DNA of 64,000 nucleotides, taken from Dudresnaya verticillata. Its lineage: Eukaryota. The notes beneath the pieces are model-generated. The model saw only the letters and a program-made list of their open reading frames with translations. It was not told the origin of the DNA and did not search any database. Shown here one piece after another: positions 14,126-28,400 of this stretch (positions are counted from its first letter, which is position 1; each line of letters opens with the position of its first letter). Position numbers and translations under genes: made by a program. Where the stretch lies: assembly GCA_977862235.1 (NCBI GenBank), contig OZ374559.1:806001-870000 (forward strand), written 5' to 3'.

Positions 14126-14584
14126 ATGTATTTCCGTCTTGCAATTCTTGTCGCCCTCCTCTTGGCTCCCTTCTCATCTGCTACAACGTGTCCAAACAAT
14201 GGAATTTGCCTGCCTCGTCACCTGTGCTACGCTCAAGGTCTTCGTCCGCTTCACGGGAATTACTGTGGAGGTCAAGCTGGGGTTGAATGCTGCCCGGGCT
14301 ACAGGCCTCGAAGATGTTACTATCGAATTCTTAACTACAACATCCCAGGCGTTTGCCAACCGTCGGCCACATGCAAAGGAACTGGTGCATTCTCCGTATC
14401 GTCTCCCAGCTGCAGTGGGATAAACCAGTGCTGTGTCGGATCTTCGCTGTTGCACCCAACACCACGGCCTACGAGGCCTCCAGTTCCCACTCGCTATCCT
14501 CTTCCGTGCAAGAGTCGAAGCACTAGGACTCTTCAAGTTGCATGCAAAATCAATGAATTCACGAAGCGTGTCTTCAGCTTGTAA
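14126..14584 (+). CDS. Secreted double defensin-like protein, type A copy 4
   Basis: Identical translation to 479..937. Confidence 0.85.
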   Translation: MYFRLAILVALLLAPFSSATTCPNNGICLPRHLCYAQGLRPLHGNYCGGQAGVECCPGYRPRRCYYRILNYNIPGVCQPSATCKGTGAFSVSSPSCSGINQCCVGSSLLHPTPRPTRPPVPTRYPLPCKSRSTRTLQVACKINEFTKRVFSL

Positions 14585-17500
14585 TATAGGCAGTATGTCG
14601 ATGATTGTTCCTCATAATTGGTGTGGGAAGAAATTGTTGGGAATGAATCTCTATCCATCCGGTCGTGGTAAACTATTGTTGCTTTTCTCAACTTTGAGAA
14701 TAAGGGGATGCCTGCTGTTGTTGCGTTTCTGGCGTCAATAGTCCTGCGACAGTTTGTATTTAAATCCTGAGAAATAACTTGCCTGCACGGGCGACCGTAG
14801 CAACTGGCTTGTTGTTCTATGGTATCCCTTGCATCTTCTCGCACTTTCCAAGCGCGATCAAGGGATTTTCGATTCCTCTGCCAGCTGTCCCGTCATGAAT
14901 GTGCTTGCAGATAAGCGGGATCATCTTCGCATGGACATATTTGTTGATGATAGAAGCTTTACCCACTGTGTGTCTGCAAGCCGTCGGGGTTTTTGTTATT
15001 AGCCCTCACTCTTTTCGTGGCTCCGCGGGCCGCGTTTGCGATTAAGGTATCTATTCTCGCCAACTTCAGAAGCACGAAAACTATCGCAGGGTCTGTGACA
15101 GCCTGTGGATGGAACTCCACCCCATGGCGATGGATATTTAAACACATATGGGCGCATTGGGACAGGATTCGAACGGGCTTGGAATGTAGGGGATTGCTTC
15201 TTTCATGGCTGTGAAGAAAGAAACCTCCCCTTCTGCTGAAGAGATCAACTTCCTACTCGTATTTTGTCTCCTGTTGTTCAACGTGTGGCTCTCAACGTCA
15301 ATTGACACAAACGTTCCTCCGCTCTACTGAGTGACAGTCCATAACCTCACTTATGGAGTTTCTTGCTATTCCTCAGTAAAGTTGATCTCTCTCTGACTTT
15401 TTGTCTCTCTCTCTCAATCTAACATGTTGCAGCATTGAGATAATCGTTTTCGGGGCGTTGTACGGTGGAGTACCATGGGTTATATCCATCCATTGCGAGA
15501 GATGTGATGCATCTATCGAGTAAGACGACAGTTGGTTGCTGTGGCTTCTCTAAAAATAAAGCATCGCGCTCTCACCCCCAACGGAATTGAGTTCGAGGCC
15601 AGCAGCGATCTTAATAAGCAAGCATCCCTTTATCGTAATAGGAAGAGGTGGCACACACCTTTAATGTAACCTAAGGAGCAACTCTGGGAAAAAGGTCTAA
15701 CTACTACCTCGAACCCTATAATAAAGGTCCCCATCTCTATAACTACCAGAACATATAGCAGGAGGAGGAGGAGGAGGAGGAGATAGGTTGCGGCGATTCA
15801 CGCTAACGGCAACAGGAAATACATTGAAGAACGAGCGTAGTAAGGGACAGTAATAGAGATAACATCTCAGTGATGCGGGAGGTCCCTTTCTTGACAGTAA
15901 TGTTATGCATTGAATGTAATCAGCGATGCGTTGAATAGGAGTGTCAAAACCGAAACCAATGCGGCCGTAAACATCAATAACCATCAAGCAAGCATCCCTT
16001 TAATCGCAATAACCGTAGCATGCAAATGAATATCCAGGTTTCCACGCTCGCGATGATATTGTGACAGCTTGACCTGTTCACGTTAGGCGATAGCTTGGAT
16101 ATTCACTACCTTTCCTGTTGTGGTTTGTTCGGTGATGAGCTAGGTTGAATGCATAGGTTGCACTCTAATGTTACATTATTTATTTTCTTCTGCTTGTCCC
16201 TGCGCGTGTAACTGTGGCCTCATGCGCTGTAAAAGCAGCAGGCAGTGTTTGTTCTGCTTCAACACCGAAATTGTGATGAAACTGCCGCTTCTCTCAACAA
16301 TTGCCTTCAAATAAACAAAAGATGAGATGTGAAAGCGAACTCAGCGGATGACACCCCTATGTACTATAAAGAGCCTGACAACAAGACAGTATTGTGTCGA
16401 GAAAAAGGGGGAAGCAGCCAGATCCTATCGGTTCACAGTCGGCGATACGATGTTATACAACACAAAGATAGAAAAAGTAGGATATAGTCAACTAAGGAGT
16501 GAGGAAGACCAACTTCAAATTTAGTCCAAAACTAGTGCATCGGTCAAGCCCAGGCCACGAACTGAAGCGTAGAGGGATTTTGTTGTATAACAGGAAAGTG
16601 AGTGACGGAGAAACAGGTTTACTGCAATACATCAAACCCTCAAGATTCCAGCTGTAATATCAGCTGTGTTGACTTCATAAAGACGTCCAAGCCGTTTAGA
16701 TTTATGGAATTTAAGTGAGTACTGTTGAATTGAATGATGATGTTTTATTAAGACTTGAGAAAAAAAGAAGGAAGCTCTAAAGACATTTCTCTGTGAAGCA
16801 AACACCGTTGCAGCACAAAGCCTACGATTCACATTGATACCTGCAAAGTGCAGAATACTCAAGACTAGGATAGAGGATAATGTGCGATATTCCTGAGAGG
16901 GATTAGTGCCTTGACGGGAGGAGATGTATTGCGCAGGTGCCTGGAGGTATTAGCGACTGTGACACACGGCACCCGGAAACTGTAGACCAACCAGTTCGTT
17001 GAGGTCTCCAATTCGAAGAATATGCAAGGCCAAGCAGTGCCCAGACGGGGCAGGACAATGGACTAGGATGGCCGTGTCACAAACAGATCGACGCAAGTCG
17101 GCATCGCACAGAGGGCCGGTAGTGCAAACGTTAAGTACCACAAATTGGACTCAATGATGGAACAAAGTGAAGAGTGTGAGGAAGGCGCTCCGCTGCTCTA
17201 CAACTCTAATTCTAACGTTCTGTTTTCCCACGTGATACTTTGTTCTTCAGTCGCCTCGTGGTCATTCTCTCAAATACTTTTCCGGATGGCCTGCTGTACC
17301 ATTGCTTCCTATTATTGAGCGTAGGGACCACAACTGCGATTGCCAATGCTGCGGGTCCCTGCACTCAGGCACCTCACTCCCCCATTCCCTATTCAGCCAT
17401 CACCGTATGTACCATAGTATGTGGGAATTAGCAGGGACCATATCAAAGCCATTGGAACATGACAACCATGCTACTTTTTGTATGGCTTGTCATTCAACTC

Positions 17501-18674
17501 AGAACAACATTGCTGTGCAATGAACATTCCTAAATAGCATGTACAGAACGATGTACTCCCCCTTGGTTCATGGTCATTCCTTCTGCCTTCACCATTCAAC
17601 CTCACTTCGATCCACTACTGCTCCACTCTACCAAATGGCAACCGCAAAACGAGGGTACAACAGTGCGATAACAGCACAACACATTAATCTGTATCGCGAT
17701 ATTGTGTCGTGAATTGTAGCTGAGTTTAAAGAACGTAGCAGTTGCCGCAGTACACCAACCGTAGGGCGCTGCCGTAAACCTCTGAAGACCAGCCGATACC
17801 GACATGTTTAAAGTTCTCACTATCACAACACACATTCTATGGACCATAACAACCATTTGAATATCTTTTTACCCCAGCTAATGCTAGTTGCAATAAGACT
17901 CACTGCTCGAACGTCGATGCATTCCGTGGTATGAAGATACAGGGATGATGCCCTCGCATTCCGAGCTCGTCAACCATCTCTGGGATACTCTTGAGACGAA
18001 ATCCTTCGCACTTTGGGATGAATGTTGTGACCCTATAGGCCAAGGAAATGAACGGTTCACAGCTACAGGATTCTGAATACCCGCGCATTACGCAGCGTTT
18101 CAGCCGGAGAACGCCAAATTCTATTTCGGTACTTCAAGGGGAAAGGTAAAAGGAGCTCTGCAACCTCCCACTTTAGCTTCCACTCAGTGTCAAGGCAGTC
18201 TTGAGGCTTCTTTCCCGCGAAGGAAATCATGAGATGTAGCATCTGTATTAACCTCACACACAAAGATAAAAGGAACATACGGCTTCTGAAGGAACGAGCT
18301 TTCTCAAGCTTCTTCGCCAACTACCATGTGTGGAGGAGAACACGCCAATGTGTCGAAGGTACCGAAATCTAAAGAACGTCTCACACCATTCACACCATTC
18401 AATGGTACACATCAACTTGCACGGCACTAGTTCACTGCACTTGTAACATGTTTTGCGGAAATGGAACAGAATGTAATAAGCATTCAACCAAGAAGGAATG
18501 TTCTTGAACAAAATATTAAGGTTCCGCTTCACTATATAAATCTCAAGCTATCATCGGTACAAGTGGGGAACAGAATCCACAAGCAACTTCCCCGCTCTGC
18601 GGACAAAGGACAACAACTATAGCACACAGCACGCCCTAACCTCAGTTTTCAGAAGTTCTCGACCGGTACCCAAA

Positions 18675-19133
18675 ATGTATTTCCGTCTTGCAATTCTTGT
18701 CGCCCTCCTCTTGGCTCCCTTCTCATCTGCTACAACGTGTCCAAACAATGGAATTTGCCTGCCTCGTCACCTGTGCTACGCTCAAGGTCTTCGTCCGCTT
18801 CACGGGAATTACTGTGGAGGTCAAGCTGGGGTTGAATGCTGCCCGGGCTACAGGCCTCGAAGATGTTACTATCGAATTCTTAACTACAACATCCCAGGCG
18901 TTTGCCAACCGTCGGCCACATGCAAAGGAACTGGTGCATTCTCCGTATCGTCTCCCAGCTGCAGTGGGATAAACCAGTGCTGTGTCGGATCTTCGCTGTT
19001 GCACCCAACACCACGGCCTACGAGGCCTCCAGTTCCCACTCGCTATCCTCTTCCGTGCAAGAGTCGAAGCACTAGGACTCTTCAAGTTGCATGCAAAATC
19101 AATGAATTCACGAAGCGTGTCTTCAGCTTGTAA
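18675..19133 (+). CDS. Secreted double defensin-like protein, type A copy 5
   Basis: Identical translation to 479..937. Confidence 0.85.
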   Translation: MYFRLAILVALLLAPFSSATTCPNNGICLPRHLCYAQGLRPLHGNYCGGQAGVECCPGYRPRRCYYRILNYNIPGVCQPSATCKGTGAFSVSSPSCSGINQCCVGSSLLHPTPRPTRPPVPTRYPLPCKSRSTRTLQVACKINEFTKRVFSL

Positions 19134-22100
19134 TATAGGCAGTATGTCGATGATTGTTCCTCATAATTGGTGTGGGAAGAAATTGTTGGGAATGAATCTC
19201 TATCCATCCGGTCGTGGTAAACTATTGTTGCTTTTCTCAACTTTGAGAATAAGGGGATGCCTGCTGTTGTTGCGTTTCTGGCGTCAATAGTCCTGCGACA
19301 GTTTGTATTTAAATCCTGAGAAATAACTTGCCTGCACGGGCGACCGTAGCAACTGGCTTGTTGTTCTATGGTATCCCTTGCATCTTCTCGCACTTTCCAA
19401 GCGCGATCAAGGGATTTTCGATTCCTCTGCCAGCTGTCCCGTCATGAATGTGCTTGCAGATAAGCGGGATCATCTTCGCATGGACATATTTGTTGATGAT
19501 AGAAGCTTTACCCACTGTGTGTCTGCAAGCCGTCGGGGTTTTTGTTATTAGCCCTCACTCTTTTCGTGGCTCCGCGGGCCGCGTTTGCGATTAAGGTATC
19601 TATTCTCGCCAACTTCAGAAGCACGAAAACTATCGCAGGGTCTGTGACAGCCTGTGGATGGAACTCCACCCCATGGCGATGGATATTTAAACACATATGG
19701 GCGCATTGGGACAGGATTCGAACGGGCTTGGAATGTAGGGGATTGCTTCTTTCATGGCTGTGAAGAAAGAAACCTCCCCTTCTGCTGAAGAGATCAACTT
19801 CCTACTCGTATTTTGTCTCCTGTTGTTCAACGTGTGGCTCTCAACGTCAATTGACACAAACGTTCCTCCGCTCTACTGAGTGACAGTCCATAACCTCACT
19901 TATGGAGTTTCTTGCTATTCCTCAGTAAAGTTGATCTCTCTCTGACTTTTTGTCTCTCTCTCTCAATCTAACATGTTGCAGCATTGAGATAATCGTTTTC
20001 GGGGCGTTGTACGGTGGAGTACCATGGGTTATATCCATCCATTGCGAGAGATGTGATGCATCTATCGAGTAAGACGACAGTTGGTTGCTGTGGCTTCTCT
20101 AAAAATAAAGCATCGCGCTCTCACCCCCAACGGAATTGAGTTCGAGGCCAGCAGCGATCTTAATAAGCAAGCATCCCTTTATCGTAATAGGAAGAGGTGG
20201 CACACACCTTTAATGTAACCTAAGGAGCAACTCTGGGAAAAAGGTCTAACTACTACCTCGAACCCTATAATAAAGGTCCCCATCTCTATAACTACCAGAA
20301 CATATAGCAGGAGGAGGAGGAGGAGGAGGAGATAGGTTGCGGCGATTCACGCTAACGGCAACAGGAAATACATTGAAGAACGAGCGTAGTAAGGGACAGT
20401 AATAGAGATAACATCTCAGTGATGCGGGAGGTCCCTTTCTTGACAGTAATGTTATGCATTGAATGTAATCAGCGATGCGTTGAATAGGAGTGTCAAAACC
20501 GAAACCAATGCGGCCGTAAACATCAATAACCATCAAGCAAGCATCCCTTTAATCGCAATAACCGTAGCATGCAAATGAATATCCAGGTTTCCACGCTCGC
20601 GATGATATTGTGACAGCTTGACCTGTTCACGTTAGGCGATAGCTTGGATATTCACTACCTTTCCTGTTGTGGTTTGTTCGGTGATGAGCTAGGTTGAATG
20701 CATAGGTTGCACTCTAATGTTACATTATTTATTTTCTTCTGCTTGTCCCTGCGCGTGTAACTGTGGCCTCATGCGCTGTAAAAGCAGCAGGCAGTGTTTG
20801 TTCTGCTTCAACACCGAAATTGTGATGAAACTGCCGCTTCTCTCAACAATTGCCTTCAAATAAACAAAAGATGAGATGTGAAAGCGAACTCAGCGGATGA
20901 CACCCCTATGTACTATAAAGAGCCTGACAACAAGACAGTATTGTGTCGAGAAAAAGGGGGAAGCAGCCAGATCCTATCGGTTCACAGTCGGCGATACGAT
21001 GTTATACAACACAAAGATAGAAAAAGTAGGATATAGTCAACTAAGGAGTGAGGAAGACCAACTTCAAATTTAGTCCAAAACTAGTGCATCGGTCAAGCCC
21101 AGGCCACGAACTGAAGCGTAGAGGGATTTTGTTGTATAACAGGAAAGTGAGTGACGGAGAAACAGGTTTACTGCAATACATCAAACCCTCAAGATTCCAG
21201 CTGTAATATCAGCTGTGTTGACTTCATAAAGACGTCCAAGCCGTTTAGATTTATGGAATTTAAGTGAGTACTGTTGAATTGAATGATGATGTTTTATTAA
21301 GACTTGAGAAAAAAAGAAGGAAGCTCTAAAGACATTTCTCTGTGAAGCAAACACCGTTGCAGCACAAAGCCTACGATTCACATTGATACCTGCAAAGTGC
21401 AGAATACTCAAGACTAGGATAGAGGATAATGTGCGATATTCCTGAGAGGGATTAGTGCCTTGACGGGAGGAGATGTATTGCGCAGGTGCCTGGAGGTATT
21501 AGCGACTGTGACACACGGCACCCGGAAACTGTAGACCAACCAGTTCGTTGAGGTCTCCAATTCGAAGAATATGCAAGGCCAAGCAGTGCCCAGACGGGGC
21601 AGGACAATGGACTAGGATGGCCGTGTCACAAACAGATCGACGCAAGTCGGCATCGCACAGAGGGCCGGTAGTGCAAACGTTAAGTACCACAAATTGGACT
21701 CAATGATGGAACAAAGTGAAGAGTGTGAGGAAGGCGCTCCGCTGCTCTACAACTCTAATTCTAACGTTCTGTTTTCCCACGTGATACTTTGTTCTTCAGT
21801 CGCCTCGTGGTCATTCTCTCAAATACTTTTCCGGATGGCCTGCTGTACCATTGCTTCCTATTATTGAGCGTAGGGACCACAACTGCGATTGCCAATGCTG
21901 CGGGTCCCTGCACTCAGGCACCTCACTCCCCCATTCCCTATTCAGCCATCACCGTATGTACCATAGTATGTGGGAATTAGCAGGGACCATATCAAAGCCA
22001 TTGGAACATGACAACCATGCTACTTTTTGTATGGCTTGTCATTCAACTCAGAACAACATTGCTGTGCAATGAACATTCCTAAATAGCATGTACAGAACGA

Positions 22101-23223
22101 TGTACTCCCCCTTGGTTCATGGTCATTCCTTCTGCCTTCACCATTCAACCTCACTTCGATCCACTACTGCTCCACTCTACCAAATGGCAACCGCAAAACG
22201 AGGGTACAACAGTGCGATAACAGCACAACACATTAATCTGTATCGCGATATTGTGTCGTGAATTGTAGCTGAGTTTAAAGAACGTAGCAGTTGCCGCAGT
22301 ACACCAACCGTAGGGCGCTGCCGTAAACCTCTGAAGACCAGCCGATACCGACATGTTTAAAGTTCTCACTATCACAACACACATTCTATGGACCATAACA
22401 ACCATTTGAATATCTTTTTACCCCAGCTAATGCTAGTTGCAATAAGACTCACTGCTCGAACGTCGATGCATTCCGTGGTATGAAGATACAGGGATGATGC
22501 CCTCGCATTCCGAGCTCGTCAACCATCTCTGGGATACTCTTGAGACGAAATCCTTCGCACTTTGGGATGAATGTTGTGACCCTATAGGCCAAGGAAATGA
22601 ACGGTTCACAGCTACAGGATTCTGAATACCCGCGCATTACGCAGCGTTTCAGCCGGAGAACGCCAAATTCTATTTCGGTACTTCAAGGGGAAAGGTAAAA
22701 GGAGCTCTGCAACCTCCCACTTTAGCTTCCACTCAGTGTCAAGGCAGTCTTGAGGCTTCTTTCCCGCGAAGGAAATCATGAGATGTAGCATCTGTATTAA
22801 CCTCACACACAAAGATAAAAGGAACATACGGCTTCTGAAGGAACGAGCTTTCTCAAGCTTCTTCGCCAACTACCATGTGTGGAGGAGAACACGCCAATGT
22901 GTCGAAGGTACCGAAATCTAAAGAACGTCTCACACCATTCACACCATTCAATGGTACACATCAACTTGCACGGCACTAGTTCACTGCACTTGTAACATGT
23001 TTTGCGGAAATGGAACAGAATGTAATAAGCATTCAACCAAGAAGGAATGTTCTTGAACAAAATATTAAGGTTCCGCTTCACTATATAAATCTCAAGCTAT
23101 CATCGGTACAAGTGGGGAACAGAATCCACAAGCAACTTCCCCGCTCTGCGGACAAAGGACAACAACTATAGCACACAGCACGCCCTAACCTCAGTTTTCA
23201 GAAGTTCTCGACCGGTACCCAAA

Positions 23224-23682
23224 ATGTATTTCCGTCTTGCAATTCTTGTCGCCCTCCTCTTGGCTCCCTTCTCATCTGCTACAACGTGTCCAAACAATGG
23301 AATTTGCCTGCCTCGTCACCTGTGCTACGCTCAAGGTCTTCGTCCGCTTCACGGGAATTACTGTGGAGGTCAAGCTGGGGTTGAATGCTGCCCGGGCTAC
23401 AGGCCTCGAAGATGTTACTATCGAATTCTTAACTACAACATCCCAGGCGTTTGCCAACCGTCGGCCACATGCAAAGGAACTGGTGCATTCTCCGTATCGT
23501 CTCCCAGCTGCAGTGGGATAAACCAGTGCTGTGTCGGATCTTCGCTGTTGCACCCAACACCACGGCCTACGAGGCCTCCAGTTCCCACTCGCTATCCTCT
23601 TCCGTGCAAGAGTCGAAGCACTAGGACTCTTCAAGTTGCATGCAAAATCAATGAATTCACGAAGCGTGTCTTCAGCTTGTAA
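23224..23682 (+). CDS. Secreted double defensin-like protein, type A copy 6
   Basis: Identical translation to 479..937. The 3' flank of this copy carries substitutions. Confidence 0.85.
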   Translation: MYFRLAILVALLLAPFSSATTCPNNGICLPRHLCYAQGLRPLHGNYCGGQAGVECCPGYRPRRCYYRILNYNIPGVCQPSATCKGTGAFSVSSPSCSGINQCCVGSSLLHPTPRPTRPPVPTRYPLPCKSRSTRTLQVACKINEFTKRVFSL

Positions 23683-24979
23683 TATAGGCAGTATGTCGAT
23701 GATTGTTCCTCATAATGGTGTGGGAAGAAATTGTTGGGAATGAATCTCTATCCATCCGGTCGTGGTAAACTATTGTTGCTTTTCTCAACTTTGAGAATAA
23801 GGGGATGCCTGCTGTTGTTGCGTTTCTGGCGTCAATAGTCCTGCGACAGTTTGTATTTAAATCCTGAGAAATAACTTGCCTGCACGGGCGACCGTAGCAA
23901 CTGGTTTGTTGTTCTATGGTATCCCTTGCATCTTCTCGCACTTTCCAAGCGCGATCAAGGGATTTTCGATTCCTCTGCCAGCTGTCCCGTCATGAATGTG
24001 CTTGCAGATAAGCGGGATCATCTTCGCATGGACATATTTGTTGATGATAGAAGCTTTACCCACTGTGTGTCTGCAAGCCGTCGGGGTTTTTGTTATTAGC
24101 CCTCACTCTTTTCGTGGCTCCGCGGGCCGCGTTTGCGATTAAGGTATCTATTCTCGCCAACTTCAGAAGCACGAAAACTATCGCAGGGTCTGTGACAGCC
24201 TGTGGATGGAACTCCACCCCATGGCGATGGATATTTAAACACATATAGGCGCATTGGGACAGGATTCGAACGGGCTTGGAATGTAGGGGATTGCTTCTTT
24301 CATGGCTGTGAAGAAAGGAACCTCCCCTTCTGCTGAAAAGATCAACTTCCTACTCGTATTTTGTCTCCTGTTGTTCAACGTGTGGCTCTCAACGTCAATT
24401 GACACAAACGTTCCTCCGCTCTACTGAGTGACAGTCCATAACCTCACTTATGGAGTTTCTTGCTATTCCTCAGTAAAGTTGATCTCTCTCTGACTCTTTG
24501 TCTCTCTCTCTCTCAATCTAACATGTTGCAGCATTGAGATAATCGTTTTCGGGGCGTTGTACGGTGGAGTACCATGGGTTACATCCATCCATTGCGAGAG
24601 ATGTGATGCATCTATCGAGTAAGACGACAGTTGGTTGCTGTGGCTTCTCCAAAAATAAAGCATCGCGCTCTCACCCCCAACGGAATTGAGTTCGAGGCCA
24701 GCAGCGATCTTAATAAGCAAGCATCCCTTTATCGTAATAGGAAGAGGTGGCACACACCTTTAATGTAACCTAAGGAGCAACTCTGGGAAAAAGGTCTAAC
24801 TACTACCTCGAACCCTATAATAAAGGTCTCCATCTCTATAACTACCAGAACATATAGCAGGAGGAGGAGGAGGAGGAGGAGATAGGTCGCGGCGATTCAC
24901 GCTAACGGCAACAGGAAATACATTGAAGAACGGGCGTAGTAAGGGACAGTAATAGAGATAACATCTTAGTGATGCGGGA

Positions 24980-25412
24980 TGTAAACTCCGTGGCGTGTTC
25001 TTGATACTTCCTTGAAAACTGTGTTGCCCCTTCTCGACCTTCCGCCGAGATGGAGCAGTCTTTATACTAATCCTTGTTCGTGCTCCTCCCCAGAGCAGTA
25101 GAGTGAGGAGTAGAACTGTTACTATTCATTTCTAGAACAGTAGCCCGTAGGAACCTAAACAGTACTCTACAAGCTGAATACTACCACAATCTAGACAATG
25201 GTCTGCAAGCGATTGCCTGCCGTAACGTAAGTAATACTCTACAAGCGGTAGTGCACAGCAGAGCAAACAATACCCTGCAAGCAGTAACTCCCAGCAACGG
25301 ATACAGTACTCTACAAATTGAGTGCTCGTTTCGGAGCTTAAAGAAAACACCGTTCGTTCAACGAACGGAGTAGTTCATGGCTTGAAGATCTCGCTAGTCC
25401 AATCTCTCTACA
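24980..25412 (-). repeat. 3' LTR of the Gypsy element (433 bp)
   Basis: TGTAAACTCC...CTCTCTACA, with TGTA/TACA ends. Matches the sequence from 30212 onward. Confidence 0.9.
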
Positions 25413-25444
25413 GGGCCCCATGCATGCGTGCTTGTGCGTATGCA

Positions 25445-28400
25445 TTAACCAAGAGAGATCTGCAAATCTTGGCACGCCTTCTTGGCGAGCTGGCGTTTCT
25501 TAGTTCCTGACAGGAATTCTTTCACCTTTTCCGGCACGTCCTCGTAAAGCTATTGTAGAGATTGCCATGTCCAATCAGGACGGTCTGGCTGCCCGAGCCA
25601 TTGCACTTGAATAAATATCCCGTCGTGCGCTTCTCCAATATCAAGGAGCTTGTCGACCATTTCGAAATGGGACTCTGTATGCTGAGCCTGGCGAAGTAAC
25701 GCTGTGGATACAGCAGTACCATCGATCTTTGTTCTGTACAACATAAGCCTTGCTGCATGTACCACCTCCACCTTTCCATCAGTTAAACCGGTGACCTCAT
25801 AAACAGAATGACTGATCGTACGTGAAATTCGGCGTGGACCAAGCCATCGAAATTGCAGCTTGTGACCCTTGTCTTGGGCTCTACGAACCACAACGAAGTC
25901 GCCAACATCAAAGTGAGGTGTTAGCAGGTTGGTACGTTTGTTATGGTGGTCTATCTGCTTGCGTCGGGACCTGGTTACCCGCTGCGATACATCTTTGTGC
26001 ATATGCTCCGGTGCATTTTGTAGTGCGTCAATCTTGATAAGCTGCCTTGCCCTAACTTGGGTAATTTCCTCAATATCACCACTACCTTTATACGTGATTG
26101 GCAAAGTCTTGCGAGTAGGCCTAATCCCAGTCATGACTTCTAAGGGTGTGCGATATGTGCCATCTTCACGCGTTCCCAATCTCTTCAGTGGTGCCTCGTT
26201 CAAAGCAGACATAACTATGTCAATCAACAGGGGCCAGTCCTGCGGACCGAGCTGGAGCTCGGATAAGAGTGCCGTGCATGCCGCACGAATGTGTCTCATA
26301 CAAATCTCAACTGTTCCATTAACCCAAGGAGAGTAGGCTACAGTAAATTGATGCGTAACCTTATACAACTTCGCCATTTCTTCCATAACTCTGTTCTTGA
26401 AATGTGACCCTTGATCGCTCACCCAATATTCCATTGCCATGAACACCCTAATCCATCTTGACATATGCTTCGCGGCAGCCGCTGAGCTCGCCGCTACGCA
26501 GGGGCAAAGCCACACATAAGTCTAGAGGTCATCCCTTATTACCAACACATAGTGGAGCCCATCCTTTCCAATCCCCATGAAAATAAAATCAAAGTGCACA
26601 ACCTCATTGGGATTTGTCCCATGAAGGGTCAGTGAAATCGGTCGTGGTACCCGTTGACCTCCCTTGGAAATAATACAGTGCAAACAACCGGCCACAAACT
26701 CCCGAACATCGTCCCCCATCGAATCCCAGAAGAACTGCTCCTTTAACCGACTCAGTGTCGAGTCACAGCCACGATGCCCGACATCCCCGCAGTGATTAGT
26801 GACCAAACGCTTCATCTGAAGCTCAGTATCTTTTTCTGGTATCCAAATACGGCCATTCTTCCTCCACAGTCCATCTCCACCACACAGTAGGTCTCCAGGT
26901 TGTTTCCCAGCATCGTCTTGTGCCTTTTTTACCACTTCGTTAGCAGGCATATCAAATGCTTGACTGCTTCGGGTCCTTACGAGGTCTTCTGATCTCATCA
27001 AACTTGTTATACGCCTTACCATCTTGCGCTTTCCACGATACCCTGCGTACCATCTTGTCATCAAATCAGCAGCAACATTTCTTTCGCCGCTTATATGTTC
27101 TATCGTGTACATAAATCTCGATAAGAACAGTGCCCATCTTTGCACCTTGTTCACAATATGTCTGCCTAGCAATGGATTCAGGGCAGTCGGGTTATAGACG
27201 AACAAAAGGTTTCGATGATCTGTAAATAAATGTATGTCATCTTCGCATGCCAACATGAAATCCATTTTCTCGAATGCTTGGAAGACGGCGTAGGCCTCTT
27301 TTTCAAAAGTACTCCAGTTCTGTTGAGTCTCATTGAAAGCCGAACCTAAAAATGCCAGGGGCTCATGCCTTTGATCCTCTACTGGAAGACCCAAACAACT
27401 TTCATCACACTGAGTCAATACAGCCGCCCAATGCTCATCAGAAGCATCTGTAAACACGCAGACCGCCTTGGACTGATCCCGATGGGCAAGTCTAACTGCC
27501 TTCTTCAGCTGTTCTTGTAAGCTATCGAAAGCTTTGGAATGCACAGGGCCCCAGGACAACGATGCTAGCCTTATGCCCTGAATGGAACGTGATGTACGTT
27601 TTCCCGATTGAGCATACGCTTGTTCAAGCAAATCTCTCAGCGGTGCAACCCTCGAAGCAAAGTTAGGTATGTAATTTGACATCCATTGCAGACAGTTGAC
27701 GAACTGTGACAATTCTGCAGCTGTCACAGGGTATAATCCTGATTTCAACCCACTTAAGCATCGGGGGTCACACTCCACCCCAGCATCATCGACAACGTAA
27801 CCGCACCACTGCAGCTTACGGTCAAACAGTACAGACTTCTTAGCAGAGATTTTGAGGTTCCGTTCCTTGCAAATCGTAAAGAAACTGCCCAGGTGGGCAA
27901 GAAGCCTTTCTTCTGAGTCGGCATGGACTCCAAAGTCATCCAACCATGCTTTCACAGCCTTCCCCATAGACTGGAAGCAAGGTTCAACTCGAGATTGGAA
28001 ATTCTGGACTGCATTCATGCCACCCTGTAATGTCCTCGTAGGCTTGTAGACTCCAGCAGGTGTAACGAAACTGTGGTACCCTTGGCTTTCCTCATGCAGT
28101 GGCATTTGCTAGTAGCCAGCACAAAAATCTATGCTGGCGAAGTATCCACTTCCCGCAAAGTCTAGGAGCTCGGACTGTATATGTGGCATAGGCCAGGCTA
28201 CCGACTTTGTACACTTGTTAACGCGCCGAAGATCGAATGTCATACGGTACTTGTTAGAGCCAGTTTTTTGCACCAGCAAGGGTGGTGATGTCCACTCTGC
28301 ATTCTTGTTGGGCACAGCCATACCAAATTGCACTAGTCTGTCAACCAGTCTCTTCATATAGTCTCTCTGCTCTGCTGGATAGCGACGAGCTTTGGACATG

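Larger units (their letters stand above)
1..24979. repeat. Tandem array of a 4,549-bp unit: 5 full units (1-4549, 4550-9098, 9099-13647, 13648-18196, 18197-22745) plus a partial sixth, cut by a Gypsy element; continues left of the window
   Basis: Every ORF in the six-frame track recurs with identical translation at +4549 offsets. AGTCTTGAGGCTTCTTTCCC recurs at 1, 4550, 9099, 13648, 18197 and 22746. Confidence 0.98.
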
